In this document: piece by piece, positions 52,116 through 62,589 of the stretch
How the letters are laid out: each line of letters starts with the position of its first letter
How positions within the stretch are numbered: the stretch's first letter is position 1
Notes under the pieces: model-generated
Told to the model about the DNA's origin: nothing
Database searches by the model: none
The model's input: the letters and a program-made list of their open reading frames with translations, nothing else
DNA from: Camelus ferus
Taxonomy: Eukaryota
Direction: 5' to 3'
Length of the DNA: 64,000 nt
Assembly: GCF_009834535.1 (NCBI RefSeq)
Contig: NC_045696.1
Location: 69,690,001-69,754,000 of the forward strand
Position numbers and translations under genes: made by a program

Positions 52116-53149
52116 TCTCTTGGTTGTGTTTTTAGTTCCAAATTTTCCAAGCACTTCATCTTTCGTCTCCCTCTCTCTCCCTCTGTTTCTCTGTGTCTCT
52201 GTCTCTCTCACTTTTTTTTTTCCTTTCTTTTCACTGTTTCCTTCTTTCTTTTCCTTACAAAACCCTATGTGGCAGGCAGAGAAGACAGTTAATCTGGCTT
52301 AGTATATGGAGAAAGTGAAGCAGAGAAGTGACTGGTACCCCTATGTTCCGTAGTGAGTGAAGATCAGAGTTAGAACCCCGAGTTCCTAAAACAAGCCCTT
52401 CCAAAGTTTATCACTAACCGACAAGCTCTAAAGGGTATAATTAACTTAGCAGGCATTCCTAAAATGGTTCAATCCTGGTTTTAATTTTTTTGAATTGTAC
52501 CATTTCTGCAAGAGTCTGATTCTATCCATTAAATTTTTAAAATCTAATCTTTATATTTTTCTGATTTATACATATATAACTTTCAGATAGTACTGTCTTG
52601 GGGGGAAGGAGTAGATCTTCTCATGACGAAGAAGCTCCCTGCTCCCCTGCGCTGATAACTGTTCTTCAGAAATGACCCCTTTCGTCTCTTTCAGCTGTTT
52701 CTTTATTTCTCAATAACATGTTTACGCTGCTAATTCTTTTTTTTTTCAGTTTAAGATATCATCTACTAAATTTCTAGCATGAAAGATGAAGATAAGCCCT
52801 CATCTTCAGCACTCTCTCTGTCAAATTCACACACACACACAGAGCCCACCACCACCATCACATCACCCACACACACAATTCCCTTTTTTCCTTCTCAGAA
52901 TATCCTAATTTGGGGCCACATCAGTAATCAGTGCTCACATAGCTAAGCTGAGCCATGTGATTTTCTCTGGTTATATTTACTTTTTCTACAAATTTTCATT
53001 TTCTCTGGAGTTAATCATTGTGGGTTTATTTGCTTCTTTGCTTTGTTCTTTTCCTAGTACTTATGACTAATTTATCCCCGAATTCTCTGCCAGAAGTCTA
53101 ACAATCCTCATTACATTTCTGTTCTTCCCATTTCACTCTCAGAATAACC

Positions 53150-53333
53150 TTAATTTGTGGGGGAGCCCTTGCTACCACCCCTCCTATGCCAGGTACAAGC
53201 ACACCGTGAGGGTCACTTTTACACCCCATCTAACCAGCTTGCCACCTGGATCTGGTCTGCCCACTCTCCCCCTGAGAGGGTACAATCTATCACTTAATAA
53301 ATCCTTGTTTGCTTTCTTAAAAAAAAAAAAAAA
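53150..53333 (+). mobile_element. LTR-like 3' fragment ending in AATAAA plus poly(A)
   Basis: ctctccccctgagagggtac...cttaataaatccttgtttgctttctt(A)15, with AATAAA at 53296-53301. Confidence 0.55.
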
Positions 53334-53393
53334 GCACTACTTCTGCCTATTTTATCTGTAAAAATCAAAATTCAATAAAAAATATTTGTTGAC

Positions 53394-53789
53394 TATGTCA
53401 GTTTGCTAGGGCTGCCTTAGCAAAACTCCAAAGATTGGCAGCTTAAACAACCAAAACATATTTCTCACAGTTCTGGAGGCCAGAAGTCCATAATCAAGGT
53501 GTTGGCAGGTTTGGTTTCTCCTGAGGCCTCTCTCCTTGGATTGTAAATAGAGAGGTTTCTCATTGTGTCTTCATGTGGTCTCTCCTATGTGCACACTAGC
53601 CCCTCACGTCTCCGTGTCAAAATTTCCTCTTCTTACGAAAATACCAGTCACATTGGATTGTGGCTTACTCCCACGGCCTCACTTTAACTTACTCACCTTT
53701 TTAAAGGCCCTGTCTGCAAATATTCAGAGGTATGAGGGATGAGGGCTTCGACATAGGAATTTGGGGGGGACACAATTCAACCCATAACA
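53394..53789 (-). mobile_element. MLT1B/C-like solo LTR
   Basis: tctcacagttctggaggccagaagtcc...acacaattcaacccataaca. 5-bp TSD ttgac at 53389-53393/53790-53794. Confidence 0.88.
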
Positions 53790-54947
53790 TTGACTGTTGT
53801 AATTATTTCCTTATAACCATACCATAACCTAAACAAGGCTCTCCTTGAAGACTAAAACTGTTTACCCTTTATTCCTGTTTGCCAACCACATTCTGAGACT
53901 AATGCCTGGCATCTTGTAAGGTTTCAGTATCTATTTATTGAATGAATACATAAATGAATGAAATAATGAAGTGGAAAGAATGAAACCTCTGTGCTCTCCA
54001 TTCTCGGCTTTGGAGGTGGACGGTCCTGCCTGGACCCATGTGAGATGGAGAAGCCAATGACGTGGACCAGTGTGAAAAAATAGAACTGGCTCTCCTAACC
54101 AAAACTGGACCAAAACTAGGACTGGCTCCCTTCACCATTCCCACTTTAATATTTCATATTTCACTAAGACTCAAACCAGGAGAAGAATGCATCTACCTTG
54201 GCCCTGTTCCTTTAAACTAGCAGGACACACCCATAAACCTATGAGCTTGGGAAAGCAGCCCCCAAAGCATCCATTCTTGTCATACTCGTTGTTCCAGACC
54301 CACCTTGCTCTTTCTGTCCTCTTGGACCCAGTTCCCTTCCAGATGAGACCATGTTGAGAGGAGCATTTGAATGGCAGGCACTGGAGACACTGCTCGAGAG
54401 TTTAACATACAAACACACACACAGGTAAGGGTTAACACATTCTCCGTCAAATTTAATTGGGCATCTGATGTCTGCTAAATCTGGCAACCCTCCTTCAAAT
54501 GCCCAAACACACCCAGCCCTCCAAGGTTACTGAACTAAGGACAAGAATGGGGCAGTAAAGCAATCAGCGCACCTTCTTAGGTAACTATGGATCAACTTTC
54601 TTCAACTCTGCCACGTCAAACCTGGTTCCTTTAGGAGCCACTCCCAAGGCTCTTATCCAACCTCCTACTCTGGATGCCTATGCAGTAACTCAAGTATAAG
54701 GAGACTGAAATGAAGCTCCTGACCTTCCTTGACCTGCTCCCCTCACAGTCTTTCCCATTTCAGTGAATTACAACTTTATTCTTTCTCCCAGTTTCTCTAG
54801 CCAGAACACCTAGGAGTCACTCTGCCCATCTCTTCTAATTTCTGATGTCTGTTCCATCAGGAAACCCTGTCAACTCTCTTAAAAACACATGCAGAATCTG
54901 ACCACTCCCCACCTCCTCATTGCTACCACCCTGGTCCAAGCCACTGT

Positions 54948-55483
54948 TGTTACCAGAGAGTAGATTCTGGTCTCACACAGGAAAGAATTCAAGAGCAAAC
55001 CATAGCGAAGTGAAAGCAAGTTTATGTAGAGAGATACACATTCCATAGGCAGAATACAGCCTGTCTCAGAAGGGAGAGCGACGCTAGGAGATACACATTC
55101 CATATGTAAAATGCAGTCCTCTCAGAAGGGAGAACTGCCCCAAGGTGTGGGGGTGGTTAGTTTTTATGAACTGGGTAATTTCATATGCTAACAAGTGGGA
55201 GGATTATTCCAACTGTTTGGTGAAGGGGCAGGGATTTCCAGGACTTGGGTCTCTGCCCACTTTTTGGTCTTTTATGGTCAGTCTGGGAACTGTCCTGGCA
55301 CCTGTGGGCGTGTCATTTAGCATGTAAAGTACTACAGTGACTGTATAACGAGGCTCAAGGTCTACTGGGAGTCGAGTCTTCTGCCATCTTGGGCCTAGTT
55401 GGTTCTAACTGATTTATCCTGTCCTCAGTTGCTGCTGTGTCATTCTTCTAATGCTTGTGCCCTGCCCTCTTCCCTTGGGTCCA
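54948..55483 (-). mobile_element. ERV1-class solo LTR with an internal ~55-bp tandem duplication, inserted in L2
   Basis: TG...CA ends and a 4-bp TSD ctgt splitting L2 caagccactgtcatc. gagatacacattccata...tctcagaagggaga occurs twice (about 55032 and 55089). Confidence 0.8.
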
Positions 55484-55752
55484 CTGTCATCTTGCCTGTT
55501 TAAGGCAATAGCCCCATAAGAGGCCTCCCTGCTTATTCCTTGCCCCCTACAGTCTCTTCACAAAGCAAGAGCTAAAATGAATCTTTTAACACCAAGTCTT
55601 ATCATGTCACAACTCTGCTTAAAATCCTTCAATGGCTCCTCATCTCTTTCAGGAGAAACCAGCATATTCACCATCACCCTAATGCCTTATACAATTATCC
55701 CCTTATCCCATTGCCTTTCTCTTCCCCTCTAAATCATACCTGGCCATTGGAG

Positions 55753-55936
55753 TTTTTTAAACTGTTTTTTAAAATTATTTTTGTGGGGTTTTTTTTGGTT
55801 TATTTTGGCAAGGGAGGTAATTAGGTGTATTTATTTATTTGTTTGTTTGTTTGTTTTAATGGCAGTGCTGGGGGTTGAACCCAGGACCTCGTGCCTGCTA
55901 AGCACTCACTCTACCACTGAGCTATACCCTCCCTCG
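55753..55936 (-). mobile_element. Vic-1-like SINE, long form
   Basis: gggaggtaattagg, (ttta/tttg)n, then ggggttgaacccaggacctcg...gagctataccctccc. Confidence 0.9.
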
Positions 55937-57012
55937 CCTGGCTGTTCACTTTTGAGAATTTGTTTCTCTCTTCTCCCTGCTTTAGCCTTGCCTCCCTTGG
56001 ACAAAATCCCTGTCCTCATAAAGCTTCTATTCTGGTGTGGAGATACAGACAGTAATGGAAGAAATCAAGCAGGGAGGGGAGTCAGATAGCGGCATGGTGG
56101 AGAAGTGTTTCAATTTCAAGTAGAGAGGTCTGGAAAGTGCTCACGGAGAGGGCAACATTTGGCTTGGAAGACATGAAGGAGAAAGCATTGTGAGTAACTG
56201 GAGGAAGATTATTCTAGGTTGAGGAAGCAACCAATGCAAAGGCCTTAAGGTAGAAGTGTGTATAAGGAGCACACAGAGGACATGAGGAAGAGGGTAGGAG
56301 ATGTGAGTGGGGTCTTGCAGGCCATTAGCTGGCCTTTGCATTTTACTTGGAGTGGGATGAAGGGGGTGGCTTTTGGTGGGTTTTGAGCAGAGGCATGACA
56401 TGATCTGACAGTTTCAAACAGATCATCAAGAGGCAGAAATGAGAACAGACTGCAGGAGAGTGACCCAATTGGAACAACACTTTGCAAAGATGCAAAGTTC
56501 TGGCTGTTGAAGAGCAGATTGTGAGGAAGGGAGGTGGAAGCAGAAATGCCAGTTAAAGGCTCAGGCAGCTGTTGAGTGAGAGAAGTCCCTCTGCACAAGC
56601 TCCTAATCCTCACCCTCTCCATCCTCTCAGAGTTGCCAGAGTACTGGTCAAGCATGGCAATATCCCCTACAGTGCCCCTCAGGCTCTCACACTTGCCCCT
56701 TTTTCTTGTCAGAAAGTGAAAAGTCTCCAGAATATAGCTTCTGTTGAAATGAAACTTACACCAACAAATCAGCACATGATGGAGAAGGAGAGAATATGTC
56801 AGTTGTCCTTGTCCCACTGAGATCATTTCTGACGACTCCAGTCAAATCACCCTGCCCCTTTACCACATCAGAAACTCAAGAAAATTATATTTTTCTTAAT
56901 TTCTTACAAAGAGCTCTTTGTTCAGCCCATGTTTGCAGGCTCTGAAGTTATAACAGGAAGACAAGAAAGTAAGCAAAATCAGCATGCACTCTAAAAGTAA
57001 GACATTTTTCAC

Positions 57013-57052
57013 CAGTTGCTCCAAACGCTGCAATTATTTTCTTGCTGGTCAT
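57013..57052 (-). pseudogene. NMRAL2P: NMRAL2-like coding exon 1: MTSKKIIAAFGAT-G (start of Rossmann GxxGxxG)
   Basis: Minus strand reads ATG ACC AGC AAG AAA ATA ATT GCA GCG TTT GGA GCA ACT G|gtgaaa. It is 40 nt with a phase-1 donor, like NMRAL1 MVDKKLVVVFGGT-G. Confidence 0.9.
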
Positions 57053-57170
57053 GTTACTGAACAAAGAAAGAGTCAGTGGACCAGCAGAACTTTCTTCTGA
57101 GCAGCGTCAGCAGCTGAAATGCAGCTTCTGTTTGAGTGTGAGAATTATAAAGCACATCTGATTATCACAC
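57053..57170 (-). promoter_or_regulatory. Putative proximal promoter/5'UTR of the NMRAL2-like gene with ARE/MARE-like and TATA-like motifs
   Basis: Minus strand has TGCTGACGCTGC (TGACnnnGC core at 57109-57101), TTTATAAT at about 57151-57144 and TGATAA at 57167-57162. Alternatively, ctctttctttgttcag ending at 57057 could be a splice acceptor. Confidence 0.4.
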
Positions 57171-57801
57171 TTCCAGTTTTGCCCCTCCCTTGTAAAACTT
57201 GTGTTATCACCATCTAGCTTACTCTCTGATGCAGCGATTTTCTAAGTGAGGATTCATTCATTCACTCACTCATGTGTTCAGCAAATATGTATTGAGTGCC
57301 TTAGGCGTACTAGACATTGAACTAGAAGCCCTGGTAGGGGAGATCAACTAGAAAGTAAAAGTTCAGCAGAGAGGCACGCAGAGGGGACACGGGTCCTGGA
57401 GGAAAGATGCAGAACCCAGAATGGGAGTGTTAGGGAAAGCTTTTCAGAAGAGGTGATGCTGGAGCTGAAGAGTTATTCAACCAGGAGGAGTGGGAAAGCA
57501 GGAGGAACCACACATAGTCAAGTTGGCAGTCATGACGCAGGGCTCATGATAGTTGCAACAATGCTATATGAACAGCAGGAAGTAAGACTGGGAAGAATGG
57601 CAGAAGCCAGAACACAAAGGTTTGGAAGGCATGGCAAGGAGCTTGTATTTATCCTGGCAGCCACAGCAGGTTTTAAGTGATCCTTTGGCAGCAGAGTGGA
57701 GGATGGATTGAAACAAGACAATGCTGGAAGCATAGGGACTCTACTAAGGAGACTAAAGAAATGATACAGGTGAGAAATGACAAAGGCTTAAATGCAGGCA
57801 G

Positions 57802-58222
57802 TGTTTTGGGTTGGATAGTGTCCCTTCAAAAATTCATATGAAGTCCTAACTCCTAGTAACTCCGAATGTGACCTTATTTGGAGAGAGAATATATACAGAG
57901 GAAATCAAGGTAAAGTGAGATCATTAGAGTGTGCCTAATCCACTGTGACTGCTTCCTTATATGAAGGGGAAATTTGAACCCAGAGATCAATACAGAGGGA
58001 AGACAATGTGAAGATACAAGGAGAAGGCCATGTGAACATGAAGATGGCTGTCTACAAGCCAAGGAGAGAGGTCTGGAACAGATCCTTCCCTCACAGCCCT
58101 CAGAAGGAACCAACCCTGCCAACATCCTGACTTGGACTTCCAGCCTCCAGAACTGTGAGACGATAGTTGGTTAATCAACCACTTTGTGATACTTTGTCTT
58201 AGCAGCCCTGGCAACCTGTGGA
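57802..58222 (+). mobile_element. MLT1B-like solo LTR inside L2 (-, about 57230-58450)
   Basis: gaatgtgaccttatttgga...cagccctcagaaggaaccaaccctgccaac. TSD ggcag at 57797-57801/58223-58227. Confidence 0.88.
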
Positions 58223-58579
58223 GGCAGTAACAATGGGGAGAGGTTGAAGTGAAAGATTTTTACGAGGTGAAAGGAGAAGGTCTTTGTGATTGGATGTGGG
58301 CAAAGGGAGAATGAGGAAGAAAAAGGACTAAAAGGAGGAGGAGCAGGAGTGGGGCTCAGGGGCAAATGAGCTCAGAACTGGACCTCTTGTGTTTGAAGCT
58401 CCACCTGGTTGAGAAATTGGGAGCTGAGGAGTAAAGAAAGCAAGTATAGATGCTTTAAAGGAAGTGAGAGTGAAACTGTGGTTACAAAAGGACTGGGTGT
58501 GACATAACATGATTGCTCTCACACCTTGATGAAGTGTAGTACTATGACATGCATATTCTAAGAGCTGACTGAAAAAAAA

Positions 58580-59045
58580 CCCACAAGTCTATGAAGATAT
58601 AGCAGCACAGTTCATGAGAGCTGAAAGTAGGAAACATCCCAAATGTCCATGAAGAGTGGACTGGATAGAGTGTGGCATATTCTTACACTGGATACCTTAC
58701 AACAACAAGAATAAATGAACTATTGCAACATGCAGCCACCTGGAAGAATCTCACAAAATATTGAGCAAAAGAGTAAGGGAATATTTAGCTTATGACTCAA
58801 TTTCTGGTAAAGCCAAAAGCAGGAAAAACAAATCCATGGTGATAGACATCAGAATAGTGGGGGTAGTGATTGGAAGGCACGTAAGAGTGGGGCTTCTGCA
58901 GGGCGGCTAATATTCTGTTCCTTGATCTAGGTGTTGATTGCATGATTGAGTTTATGAAATTTTATCAAGCTGTACAGTTAAGACTTGTGCAATTTTCTAT
59001 ATGTATCATACTTCATTAAAAAGTTTACTTTAAAAATCATCTTAA
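58580..59045 (+). mobile_element. L1MC/ME 3' end
   Basis: cccaaatgtccat, aatctcacaaaatattgagc and caagctgtacagttaaga. Confidence 0.75.
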
Positions 59046-59997
59046 AGGAAAAATAAGAAATTTAAAGTAACCAAACAGGAAAAGCTAAAATGGCCAGGCA
59101 CCAGCCTGTAAACATTTACACTGGGTGGAAAAAAAAAATGTAACTTTTTAACTAGGCTAATCCCTACCAGAGCAAGTAGCAACCCATTGAGAGACCACGT
59201 GTTCACAGAGAAGAGCCAATGATGCCTTTTTCTTTGCAGTTTGAAGGTTGATGTCACAGCATTTATTTAGGGTTCCCTTAGTGAAAAGAGTCTACTTTTT
59301 TGGTCCACCCAGTGAAGAGAATGGGCAGGATTCTCTGCTCCTAACATTCACTTGTGAACTCTCTGCATATGTTTGCCCCTTACTTCCAAGTCTAATTAAC
59401 CCGACCCAGAAAACTCTCAACCAGAAACCTGTGTAACACAATGACTAAAGCTTTGGAGTAGGACCATCCAAGGTTAAACACTCAATTCTAACCCCTGCTA
59501 GCTGTGTGACCTTAAGACATGTTTTAAAATTCCCCTAAGCTTCAACTTCCTTCTGTATGAAATGGGAGGTAATAGTAGTATCTACCATACCTAGATGTAG
59601 TGAGGATTAAGTGACATTAAACCACTTAATCTATGTGGTACACTCAAAAGAAGTAAACTTGTTATTTCTCAACACATTTTTCACTATCAGGTTAGTTTCC
59701 ATTCCCCCATCCAGCCTCTCATCCCACGTCACAACTCATCTTCTCCCTCTGCACTAAACTGGTATGTACTCAGAGCAATTAGCTTATTAAAAAAAAGGAA
59801 TACAAAAATAAATCTGCCTGGAGGTGGGGGGAGATATGAAGCACATTCCCATCCAAATGGAAGGGACTCCGCGTCTAAGGGTTCACGAACTCCCGCCCTC
59901 TGCCAATTTCCCTTGAAGGATTATATCACCTCAACTCTGTCCTTTTCCTCTGGAGACAAAGATGCTTAGGGCATTAGAAAGTCTGTCCTGACAAGGC

Positions 59998-60210
59998 CAG
60001 GACCAGGGCAAGGACAGTAAGGCACTCACCTTGGTGCAAAATTTAAGGGATTGCCAAAAAACTCCATGATCAAGATAAACACTTTAATGCAATAGTCTAA
60101 AAATATCAGAATTAATCCTCAAGAAGCCATGCTGAAAAACATAACAAATTTTTAAATATAGACAGGATCCAACAAGGCCAGGATAAGGATAAGAAAGTGA
60201 GGCTGAGTCC
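59998..60210. mobile_element. MER96B-like hAT element
   Basis: aggcactcaccttggtgcaaaatttaaggg...gccaaaaaactc...atcaagataaa...agacaggatcc. Confidence 0.65.
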
Positions 60211-60419
60211 AGGAAGTGTGGGACTCCTGAGCATCTTAAATTGTTAGATTTTACCGAAGAGAGCCACTGCTCTCTCTGGTAAAAATAAACGTATCTGTTT
60301 CATTTTCTTTTAAACTAGATGATACCCTTTCTGCAGGAGCCTGGCACAGGAATCCTTCTTTCTGCTGGCTCCCTTTGGAGCAGACTGGACCTTGTTGTAC
60401 CTGCATTTCCCAGAGAAGC

Positions 60420-60446
60420 TGTGTGTGTGTGTGTGTGTGTGTGTGA
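60420..60446 (+). repeat. (TG)n microsatellite
   Basis: Direct reading. Confidence 0.95.
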
Positions 60447-61279
60447 GTGTATTTTCTCTCACCTGAGAATAGAGACAAATTCTCAGGGGAGAGAATTTGA
60501 TTGGATAATTTGAGTAAAGTGTCCATTCATGGTCCACTCACTGGGACTGTGGGTTTCTTAACTCAAAGTTGTCACAGATTGCGTGCCTACTCTGTCCCAG
60601 GCAGTATGTTAGGTATGGAAGGAATTAGGTATGATAAGGAAGGAATTCAGATCCTCAGTAACCATAAAGACAAATTTCCACCAAAGTCTACCCTTTGGCT
60701 TCCCAAATTCGACATACAGATTCTTCCCACATGTACACTTCTTTAAAGAAAATAATATCTGATATAATGCAACTACCTCATATCTTTAACCCCTCCTAAA
60801 AGTGATTAAACCAAAATCTCAATTATCACACCCAATATCCAGGATCTTGGGGTGATATTTATTTGTCTTTTTTCAAATCTGTCTTTTAATTCTCTTTAAT
60901 TCTTTCATTAAAGAATTTAACTCTTCAATTCTCTTGAAAAGTTGTCCACTATTCTTTAAGCTATAAAATGAACAGCGATCTTTTTCTATATTAAAATTAT
61001 AAAAATTATTCTAAAATATAAATATGTACATGAAAATGCCAGTAGATTTTTAAATTCTCATTTTTGCGAATGAATCCAAGACTACAGTTGGTGTTTATAA
61101 CTTGACTTTTCAACTTTATCTTTGTCTATAGCCAGCAGCACCTCACCTTCATTCCTCACAGATTTGGAATCTTAGTGGAATTAAATTACATCTTAGAATT
61201 ACATCTGTCAGTGTAAGGTTACTGTAGTTTTCCATGAACTTTTACCCCTAGACAAGGCAGCACTGATCAAGAATACAAG

Positions 61280-62510
61280 TATCCACCAAGAATCATGCCT
61301 TTTTCTTAGTGGTGAAACAGTTATTCCCTCTATTTGGAAAGAAACCAGCTGATCCCCAGAAACTTCGCTGAGATGATAGTGATTGTAATTTCATGGGATT
61401 TTTCTCAGAACTTCTGGCATATTTGTTAATTATAAAGCCATCTAGGGTAACTGCTTCCAGTTCTATAGGTCACTGCAGCCAAATGTCATGAATATAATGG
61501 ACTAGTGTATTAACAGCCTGAGGATTGATGAAACAATAAAGGTTCCTGTAGTACAGAGCCAGAGAGTTGAGTTAACCTCCATGGGAGACAATGAAGATGT
61601 ATTGCTGTCCCTTCTAGGTTAAAAATATCCTTAGTTTATTGGAATCAAGAATAAATATAACTTTCTAGATAAATAGTCATATTCCAATTACCAGGACTTT
61701 TGTTGATTTCCTCCCAAAAGAAGCTCCCATCTAGAATAGCAATTGTAATTTCAGTCATCACCTGATTAAGTTTAAGATAATCCATTGATATTCTCTAGAT
61801 TCATCTGCATTTTTCACTGTCAAACTGGTGAGGTAAGTGGGTCTAAGATAGGGATCATCATCTTTGTATCTCAGAAGCCTTTGATTTGGCACTAATGCCT
61901 GTGATTCTACAAACTTTCACTATTTTGATAGGAAGAGAGAGTTCCAGGGGCTTCCACTTGGCTCTTCTGATCATAACTCTTTGTCTGTAGGTCAGAAAGC
62001 CAATACAGGGACCATGTCACTTGCTAAATATGGTAAAATTGCAATGCTAAAACTCCAATAAAACACAATAAGTGGAGTTCAAATTATCAGTTGCCCAAAA
62101 TCCAGAAATATGTTACTGAGAAGCTAATAAAGTGATTGGGGTGAGCCAAATTGATGTAAATCCAGAGATCTGTATCTCGTGATTTCCAAGCATATCTGTT
62201 CTTGTTAAGATTTGGTACCACCTCGTAGAAAGGATCTATTCTGGTTTAAATGTTGATGGGGTGATTCTGAGAACAAATACAATAATTCCAGGAATATTTT
62301 GACTAGTTGGCATTTGTTTTATTGGCCCAAATTAGGAATATTTGGGTTATCATCTACCTCATATTATCCACAGAAGTTTTCTACTGACAAAGAACAGTCA
62401 CCATAGCTCTATTTTTTTTAAGTTGGTACTCACTTCATGAAAGTATTTCTCAGTGCTTTAGTGAGAGAACTATCTTCTGGGTTCTTTCAGGACATAGCTA
62501 GAGGGTAGGT
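61280..62510 (-). mobile_element. ERV-L internal (gag/pol, RT) decayed remnant
   Basis: Minus-strand AKWKPLEL (61962-61939), DYLKLNQVMT (about 61782-61753), KGQQYIFIV and TLVHYIHDI (61508-61482; YIDD to YIHD), in the order expected for HERV-L/MuERV-L RT. Many stops and indels. Confidence 0.85.
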
Positions 62511-62589
62511 GAATAGATTGCAAAAGAGACACCCACTACAAGGTTCCCATTTCTTTAAATCTTTAGATCTCCCTTTCTACTTTATATCA

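Larger units (their letters stand above)
43935..57120 (-). pseudogene. NMRAL2P: Unprocessed (intron-containing) NmrA-like pseudogene, probable orthologue of NMRAL2/NMRAL2P
   Basis: Four colinear minus-strand exons translate to NmrA-like/HSCARG segments. Intron phases match NMRAL1-type structure as recalled, and splice sites are canonical. It has frameshifting deletions and an apparently missing exon. Residues such as YFWSIG, IFNSPEEF and KVKSFSQFISENQ match NMRAL2P better than NMRAL1 (from memory). Gene ends are estimated from the putative promoter and AATAAA. Confidence 0.88.

Noticed and set aside
54239..54330. EQGGSG peptide as a remnant of the missing GAQGGSV exon
   Set aside because: There is no polypyrimidine acceptor and no further similarity (no VTR, GD or NFW motifs), so it is likely chance.
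56245..56826. 193-aa ORF (-) in the first intron
   Set aside because: It runs into L2, and has no NmrA or other recognisable similarity.
56939..56968. 30-nt + strand micro-exon (tttgcag...gtaagc)
   Set aside because: There are no partner exons or homology, and such site pairs arise by chance.
44428..57052. Functional NMRAL1 gene or a processed retrocopy
   Set aside because: Introns exclude a retrocopy. Frameshifts, premature stops and the missing exon exclude an intact CDS. The residues fit the NMRAL2 paralogue better.
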